Shown here: one piece after another, positions 28,220 to 64,000 of the stretch
Layout of the letters: every line of letters starts with the position of its first letter
How positions within the stretch are numbered: the first letter of the stretch is position 1
Source: Chrysomallon squamiferum
Taxonomy: Eukaryota > Animalia > Mollusca
Length of the DNA: 64,000 nucleotides
Direction of reading: 5' to 3'
Assembly: GCA_012295275.1 (NCBI GenBank)
Contig: CM022671.1
Span: forward strand, 30,814,001-30,878,000
Translations under genes and position numbers: made by a program
Notes under the pieces: model-generated
Databases searched by the model: none
The model's input: the letters and a program-made list of their open reading frames with translations, nothing else
Told to the model about the DNA's origin: nothing

Positions 28220-28729
28220 ACAAACAAACAAACAAACAAACAAATAAATAAATAAATAAATAAATTACTTTAATTCTTGATCTTTTTTTTTCTTTCTGAT
28301 TCAATTTTTCTGACTACTGATAATCTTCCCTGATTCTGCATCACAGGAAGCTTTTATCGAAATTTTATTCGTTCGTTTTCATAGTAATATTAAAGAAACC
28401 CAACCTTCTCCAAGAACTTAAACTTTTATTTCCTTGAGTGGTAGACCATCACGCTAAACATAAATAGATGAGATGTTGTACTCTCTAACTCTTCCTAAAA
28501 CTAAATCAAACAACAATCAACAAATCTAAATTGAGTTCTAACACGAATAAGCTAAATTTCCTATTTTTCACTTCTGGTTTAAATTAAGCTATGAAAATAA
28601 ATTAGCATGTAATCATCAGGTGAGAAATGAATTCTCTGAAATGAATTTTCTCATATTTTAAGCTTTATCATCTGAACGTATTTAGAATTAGGTGTCGTAA
28701 AAGTATTTCAACATTGTTCTGTATTTATT

Positions 28730-28773
<44 letters not shown>

Positions 28774-29242
28774 AACTGTTGTCGTTGGTAATTAATATTC
28801 ATTATGAACACAGTTTAGACTACAAAGCCAGTTGTTGTTCTCCTTGGAAAGTCAACATTCTTGCGTTGAATACTGGAAATACTTTGATGATGAAATATAA
28901 ATTCTTTTTAAGTTTTCTAGTCACAATATATCTGAGTACAGCCGATGTAACTCGTATCTTAGGTGGTTCTTCGAATATGCATACGTACGTACGGATGTAC
29001 GTTTGTAAGTATCTACTAATCCCATGTACGTATACATTATTAACCTTTTTAAAAATAACATGACGTTATGAAACAAACGAGAAAAATCTTATTTTTACAA
29101 AGTTTTTATTATTTTTATTTTTGAAAGAAAACAAAACATGTCAGTTAGAAAAAAATAAAAAAAAAAAAAAAAAAAAAAAAAATAACAGAAGAGAAACTAA
29201 TACCAACCTTCATAAAATAATAATAATAATAATAATAATAAC

Positions 29243-29275
<33 letters not shown>

Positions 29276-29752
29276 AATAAATAAATAAATCAAAATATTA
29301 AATCAAATGAAATCAAAATAACGAAATGATGAAATATATATATTTCTGACGTTCATCATCGGATTATTTCCGAGCGTAACCGAAACATCCCGAGTGTTTT
29401 TGAAGCGGGCTCTAACAAACCAATCAAACTGCGGTTGATTCGGGCACTTAGGGACCGACTGGAAAGCGAAGACGAACATAAAAGCAGAATTCTGATTGAT
29501 CCGAAATCGATGTAACGCAATAGACGATTCTCGTATATAAATCAACTCATTAACTTTCGGATATAAAACGCAATGATTAGGATTATATCTGAATACAGAA
29601 CAATTAGTTTTACTGATTCAAAAGCTCCCCGCTTGAAGCGATTCATATTTATAGACTTTTTTCTTTTTCTCCTCCATAAACAGATGCTCCTACCATTTGA
29701 AAACATGACCATTTTTGGTCTCATACTTTCAGGCAGTAATAATAATAATAAC

Positions 29753-29845
<93 letters not shown>

Positions 29846-30188
29846 ATTATTATTGTTGTTGTTGTTGTTGTTGTTGTTGTTCCTGTTATTATTATTATTA
29901 CTATGGTGTTGATGATGGTGATGTTGTTGATGATGATTAAATTGTTGATAATTAATAAAAGAAAAACAAAGCATTCCGAAATAATGAAACACATAAATAA
30001 ATAAATTAATACACAAAACAAAAAACATATATGTATGTATGTATGTATACAAACCCCCCACACACACACACATGTGAGTTAATAGTTAAACAGATTAATG
30101 AATGAATAACAGAGTCAGTTTTTAATTTTCATTTACTGAATCTGTATCAGCTGAAATGAGTAGCAGCACCTAATTAAATGTATTTTAT

Positions 30189-30508
<320 letters not shown>

Positions 30509-33500
30509 TAGATATATATTTTATATTATTTTTCAGTTAACCTTAGTGTACTAATACCTCTTGTTAATTAGTATCTTCGTCGAAATTCACACTTTTTTAT
30601 TTTACCTAACAGTATATGTTTGATTTGATTTCCTCTGAATGAACCTGTTAATTCTACTGCGTTTTAAATTGTCCACGAAATCGGTTCACTGTACCAGGCA
30701 TAATCAATGTTTTAATATTTATTTATGTTAATGGGTGTGCGGTATGTGAGTAAGTGTATGTGTGTGTTCGTGTTTGTGTGTGTATGTGTGTGTGTTTGTA
30801 TGTGTGTATGTGTGTATGTGTGTGTATGTGTGTATGTTTGCGTGAGTGTTTGTTGTGTGTGTGTGTGTGTGTGTGTGTAGGCAGATACATTTCAGACTGC
30901 TGGTGACGGTTATTAAGTAAACAGATATTCTATTAACACTTAAATGTCCCATAAACATAATTATATTTTAATAACACAGAAGTATCAAATTGTTTTGGAT
31001 ATGTAAAATTATAAATTACGTGAAAACATGGATATATGCATTTACTATATGTCCGAGTAAAATAATGTACGAAAAGACATATATTTATTTAACTCTTAAC
31101 ATACAACTAAGTAACACACACACATACATACATACATATATAAAAACGTACGTACGTACGTACATACATACATTCATACACAAACATATACACACATACA
31201 TACACAAACATATACACACATACGTAGACACATATACATATATACATACAGACAGACACACAGACACAGATATGCACAAACAAGCATACTCACTTCTGTA
31301 CGTAGCATTTACCGTTTTCAACTTTGAGTCAATATCAGTGAAATGGGAGCCACGATGTACATAGTTATACCATTAACTTTTTATCTGGTGAATCAACAAA
31401 CGTTGAAATACATCGAGCCTTGTTTTGTTTTTTTCTTCGTCTTTTTGTTTCATTTAAAGTAAAAAAAAAAAAAAAAATTAATTGTCAGTAATCCAACCAG
31501 GACGATCTTTTCCGTTTTGAGTGCCTTGAAATATATATCTATATATATGTGTGTATGGGTGTGTGTATGTATTGATATGTTTATATGTATGTGTATATGT
31601 ATATGTATGTATGTATGTATGTAAATGTGTTGCTTGTATGTGTGTCCGCATGATGTATCTGTGTATGTATATATATATATATGTATGTATGTATGCATAC
31701 ATGGGTATGTCTGTATGCATGTTTGTATATATGATATGTATGTATGTATGTATCTACCTGTATATATGTATGTTTGACTATAATTATAAATGTATATATC
31801 TGCTTATATATGCCTGTATGTATATATATATATATATGTATGAAGATATTTAGATATAAAACTTCATACAGTGTATGTATACAGATACTTAGATACCAAC
31901 ATTCAAACTTAATGCAGAGATGCCCATGGACACGCACACGCACAAACAGTAATGTAATGATTACACTACTGACGTCACTGACAGCGTGTCAGCTATTTAC
32001 AAACACCACGACGTTGACGTTATTTAATTAAAATTACACTAGTATGGCTTTCGTGTCCTGTGTTCGAACTCCGGTGTTTGAAAATAAAAAGTTACCCCCG
32101 TCATGTGATAGCGCGTGGACATTTTGATATAACTGTCTGAGAACATTATCAACAAGTAAGAACAGCAAAACAGTCTCTTATGAAATATTTTCAGTACAAA
32201 CCGCATAATGTGTGTGTGTGCATGTATGTGTGCGTGTGTTTGTGTGAGTGTGTTTGTGTGCCTGCGTGTGTGAGAGTAGTAGTTATTACATCATTGGAAT
32301 GAAACAAGAAATACGTCATTGATAAAAAAAAAACTAAAAAAGCAACAAAAATGAAAAGCAAAACATTAATATATGTTTATATTTGTAACTGGCATGTTAA
32401 TATTATGCATTATCCATGAAAGTTAATTAGTGAAAAAACAATTCTCACATTTTGATTCTTTCTCTTTCTGTCTTTGTGTCTGTGTGCCTGCCATTGAACC
32501 TGTCTGTCCATTCACCTATCAGTTCATCCGTACATTCGTCCATCCATCCTTCCATCCATCCTTCCTTCCATCCATATTCTATCCATCCATCCATCCATCC
32601 ATCCATCCATCCATCCATCCATCTATCCATCCATCCATCCATCCATCCATCTATCCATCCATCTAACTTTCTATCTATCTGTCTAAGTACTATTGAAGTT
32701 TTAAAACACAGAATTTCATTAATTAGCGACTCTTGTCTCTGTAAACTATTGATTTACTTGTTAATACTCAAAAACCAATTTCTCGCTTCTCGCAGCTCTC
32801 CCGAAAACTTGTTTTCCACTCGGTTAATCTTTATATGCATAAATCATTACATGAAATGCATCTCAGAGAAAGAGTGTTTAAAAGTACCAGTAGTAGCAGT
32901 GGTAGATCTGATAGAAGAAGCAGAAGAACAAGAAGAAGGAAAAGAAGAAGAAAAAGAAGAAACAAAAAATAATTGTAGTAGGCGTAGTAAGTGTAATAAT
33001 AATTGTAAGCAGCCTTGGTAGTATAAAAAAATAATAAGTAGTAGTACTATTAGTATTAGTATTATAGCAGTTGTAGAAGTAGTATAACATTAGTAATGTT
33101 AGTTGTGTAATAATAATAATAATGATGATGATGATGATAATAATAATAATTTGTGCAATATGTATGTCGTCCATAAATTGTCTGAGGAAACATTCAAATC
33201 ATATTAATCTTCTTTAAAATCGGGTTATCCCTAAAATGAAATTATGAAAAGCTCATCCTAAAACAAACATGTTTGTTAGACACCTTTTACAAATACATAT
33301 GAACAGACACGAAATTCCAGAAACGCTTGACAAAGTCTGTTTGTTTTTTCTCGAGCTAAGAGTCAAATGCATGCGTCTGTCATCTCTGATTAATAACGAA
33401 AGGTGTCTAGTCTACGATAAACTTTTAAAACGAGGACGTCTGAAACTGCGTCTTCATAGGAAACACATCCCTTATCTTCACTCACATTTAGTTAGTTCAC

Positions 33501-33570
33501 ACTCACTGCAGTTAAGGGCAAAAAAACAACAACAAGTAAAGCCAAAGAAGCGTCTTAACTAACAGAAGTA

Positions 33571-59788
<26,218 letters not shown>

Positions 59789-60588
59789 TTATTTAAGACA
59801 TCTGATTTGCTTTTCTTTTCTTTTTTTTTTCTTTTTTTTTTTTTGTTGATTTATTTCTAAGTGAGTTAAAAAATAATAATTAGTTATTTTAATTTAGAAT
59901 TTTGCTGCAATAATCATTATTATAGTCTGTAGTAAACAATATATATCTCGGCTGTACTGCATATTAAATATAATAATGCCTGTAATGAATTAAATAAGAT
60001 ATTAAACAAATGAATTTATGTAGACATTATCTAAAGAGGGCATCCAATTTAAACATGTATATGACGAATAAACAATTACAATTTTAATATTTTTACATTG
60101 AATACTGGTAACAAAATAGGCCTATATCAAAAATTCTTTCTTCCAGTGACTGTACATCTTGTTCAGTCATCAAAAACATCATTTTCCCTTTCTTTCTACG
60201 GAATACTATTTTAATGGTTTTTATATATCTATAAGTTCAAGAGTTGAGCCCTGGAAGCGTTATAGTCATTAAAGCCACAAATGACATAAAAATAGCTCAC
60301 GTTCCATTTCTGAGTTTGATTTTCGCCAGTTTGTCACGTTATTTGGAGCAAACTGCTACGTCTGATTTCATTCCGCTCCTAGTGAAATAGCTTACGTGCT
60401 CTCATTCAGTTTGCGTGCTTAAAGAGAATAATTACACATCAGCCACACATACACACAAGTACATATTCGTCTAAGTTAATTTAGTATATATAAATCTGCG
60501 CTACATCGCCTAGTTAGTATGACAATAAAGAACGTATACGTATGTGCGTGCGCATAAACACGCATGAACACACACATACAAACACACA

Positions 60589-60665
<77 letters not shown>

Positions 60666-61540
60666 AGGTTCACAGCAATTATTGAATTCACACATGCACA
60701 TTCATTTTGGTTCAGTCTTTTCAAACGACAGTCCTAAAACTTGCCTACCATTTGGAGTTAACAACCTTCCCCTACCTTTCAAAATATCTTAATATTTGCA
60801 CTTATCATTTATTTATTTAGTAGATTTATTTCCATTAGCAAATCTTTACCTCCTGTTTTGCTTCTGTTTTTCTTGATGTTTTCCTTTCTGTTTTGCCTTC
60901 AACAGATTTTGAAATGACAAGACTCACTTTGAAGCCAGAATCCTCCACGTTTTATTCAATAACACACCAGTAACTTCGTTACGTGTGGGGCTACTAAAAC
61001 ACAATCAGTCGGCTACTAAACAAACAGATCTCCATTACAAGCAGAGTACGTTATCATTAGACGTTTTTATTTAATTTCTGCTCGGGGAACAAAGTGTCGG
61101 GGACGTTATTAACACCAAATTTAAATTCCTTAAAAGTGTTTTCTCACTAATGAATTGAGTTAAAGAAGTCCGCTGTAAAAAACAACAACAACTAAAAAAA
61201 AAATATGTAGGATGTATCCCTCTTGGTCAGTGTTCTCTAAGTGTAAGTTTGACCAGTGACTCAGAAACGCATCCAGTGATAGAGAGCTATTAACTCTATA
61301 TACTTTTGAAATAGTTATGTTTATTTATTTGTTTATTTGTTTGTTTGTTTGTTTGTTCCTTGCAATTTATAAATGCTCAAACTTAATTCTGTACCGTCAT
61401 CTTAAAGCAAAAAGACTTGTATCGGTACGAAAGCTTATATTTCTAAATTAAAAACTGAATAAAATTAAAACAAACAAACAAACAAATAAAAACAAACAAA
61501 CGAACGAACAAACAGTCAATCAATCAATCAAACAAACAAA

Positions 61541-61675
61541 CAAATAAATAAATTTAAAACATTATTTCAAATACTAAAGTAAAAATAAAACAAACAAACA
61601 AACAAAAAACAAACAAACAAAAAATAAATAAATTTAAAACATTATTTCAAATACTAAAGTAAAAATAAAACAAAA
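61541..61675. repeat. Tandem duplication with 80-bp period
   Basis: aaataaataaatttaaaacattatttcaaatactaaagtaaaaataaaacaaa at about 61542 and 61622. Confidence 0.85.
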
Positions 61676-64000
61676 CTAAAACGTATGTATCTTATTTAGG
61701 AACGGGTAACTGATGTGCTGAAATGACCGTAGACAATAAATGATGTGATTATTTGTTTCCTTTTAACCTGTCACAAAACAGGCACTGTGATAAAGTGTAA
61801 TTATATTTCTATATAAAACCGAAATTATTTTTAAAGTCCCATGCAACTACATTTTATCTGTTATAAATATTTTTAAAAAAATGAAGAAGAAGAAGAAGAA
61901 GAAGAAGAAAACACACATCTAAACCGGATTTCGTTTTATCGGATTCTGACACCACTTTAAGAGGAAATGAAAAATTAGCTCTGTCTGTGTGGTTTCATCA
62001 ATAAAGCAATTCCTAAATAATTCCAAAACCGAAGTGATGTGAATAACTGTGCCTCTCTGAACCTGTTAATAAATAATAAAACTACTCAGGCTACAATGGA
62101 TACATTTAGATCCATCTGGATTTGTACTAGTACATGTTCACAGCTAAGTATACGAACAGACATACGGATTTTAGCATCTTCTAAAAAATGCAATATGCAT
62201 AATGCCTACTCTTTGCGTTAATTTATGAATTTGATATTTCAAACGCAAGATAAAAGACACTGCTGTGGTTTTTTCTTTATTTGTTGATTAAGGCAAGAAT
62301 TATACGCAAACAAAAAAAAGAGTCTAAAACAGATTGATATTTAAATTTCAGAGCCTGTGTGATATTTCTTCATCTCATTGTCAAAGAAAAAAACCAACGA
62401 ATCCAACTCTCATTATAACATATTTGAAACATGTCGAGAGGTTTTTTACTCGATGTATTTTATTCAAACAGTTACGTTCACAATGAGCTATTTTAATATG
62501 GCGTTTAATTTATTAATCGCAAGATAAATGTTTTCAAAAAAACATTTAATTTGTTTTGCAGGTTATCGCTGCGAGTTCGGTATGCTGCTGAATTTGTACC
62601 AAACTGAACCATAATATTCTGGCGCTACTTCTGACTGAAACTGTAGTTTCCTAGCTATGTTTTAGCACCGACCTCGTAGATATTTATTTATCCATTTATA
62701 ACAAAGCATCAATTCCCGCTTGTATTAAACGCAAGTGCAGCAAGGTATCTGTGAACGTGAATTAATGATCTCCTAGCATGCTCAGGATTACACGTCATAT
62801 TCACTGCGGACCTGTTTCTGTCAAGGGAGATAATATCATGGCCGACAGATAAAGCGAGGGAAACCAATGTTTTCCTGTTTCAAAGACGGTCATGTCAAGA
62901 AGCAAAAGTTATCTCAAGCTGATGTATGTTTTCTGTTACGTTAACTTAGATTTAACGCGTCTGTGTTTCACTAAGAGGAAATCAGAACGCGACAAGATAA
63001 ACGCGAGTGATTTGCAAATAAAAGAAATAACGTAACATAAGCTGGCTTCGTTTACTCCATGACTGGGTTGACCGTTTTAAATCAGACAGGTTCTGGGATC
63101 GCTCGCTCCTTAGTACCCATCTGTTCCCAGAACTGATCGAAACATTACTATGATATTAATCACTGCCTCCTTCTAACAAATATTATCATGTCCAAGATAG
63201 ACGTGACTGGACCTGTGCTGAATATAAGTACATTTTATTTGGTTGACTGACTTATTGATTTCACAGTCTAACCGGCTGTCTGGAAGTGGTATTAATTACA
63301 GCAGAACAATGGTAATTCATAATCAATATATTGATAAATCGATCTGTTTTATAAAAGGGAAAGCCAAAAGACCATTTCTAAATTGGACAAAAATCTATAG
63401 TTTGTTTTGTTTAATGACAGCACTCGTTCACTTTGATTCAGTCTGTATGCCTGTCTGGTGGCTATCACAACACTAACATGTCTGATGTAGGCCTTTACAA
63501 GAAAACCTCTTTATTATCTCGTTAGCGGAACGATTTGTTTTCTGTGAACTTGCCCACATCTCTGATGCAATACACTGTAGCATTATCTACAGCAGGGATC
63601 ACCAACACAGTAACCGCGGGCACCAGGTCACACACAAGAACCACACTAGTCGCCCCAGGCCTGTTCCTAAAACATTTAAAAGTTTCTGAGATCAATAGAA
63701 TTTAAAGGTTGAATATTGATATTATCTGTATCCAACCTTGTTAAGTCATTGGTGATAATTATTGTGAGAAATCATTAACTTGATCAGTGTCTTCACATAG
63801 ATGGGTATCATTAATAATAATAATAATATATAACTTAAGGTAAACTGAACAAATTTGTTATTTCAGAAGAGTGTGACAACCTGATAGCCCTTTGTTTGAC
63901 TCAGTAACTGTGAAGTAGCTCTCATGTTCAAAATGGATGGTGACCTCTGATCTATAGCCACGAATATTTAAGTGAAAATCACCTTCTAAAAGTTAAATAA

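Overview
AT-rich, microsatellite-dense eukaryotic (metazoan, probably mollusc/lophotrochozoan) genomic DNA with GT-AG introns; most ORFs in the supplied track are simple-repeat translations. Supported content: (1) a minus-strand GT31 beta-1,3-galactosyltransferase-like gene (2070-3717); (2) a minus-strand SLC46/PCFT-like MFS transporter with an intronless CDS (23019-24511); (3) a plus-strand lactase-phlorizin-hydrolase-like gene of about 29 exons (33571-59788) with four tandem GH1 domains, where domain I lacks both catalytic glutamates; (4) two essentially identical 286-nt 7SK snRNA genes in inverted orientation about 25 kb apart (17048-17333 minus; 42675-42960 plus, inside a GH1 intron). Each 7SK has its own TATA/PSE-type promoter and a GAUC/GGUC variant of the HEXIM-binding stem, and copy 1 is followed by an orphan duplicate of the 3' hairpin; (5) an intronic tRNA-Phe(GAA); (6) a candidate small secreted-peptide gene at 27.0-27.8 kb; (7) a degenerate foldback palindrome of about 3 kb and several tandem duplications of splice junctions. 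Scattered 1-bp frameshifts in every gene suggest consensus errors rather than pseudogenes. All calls were made by eye; no searches were run.
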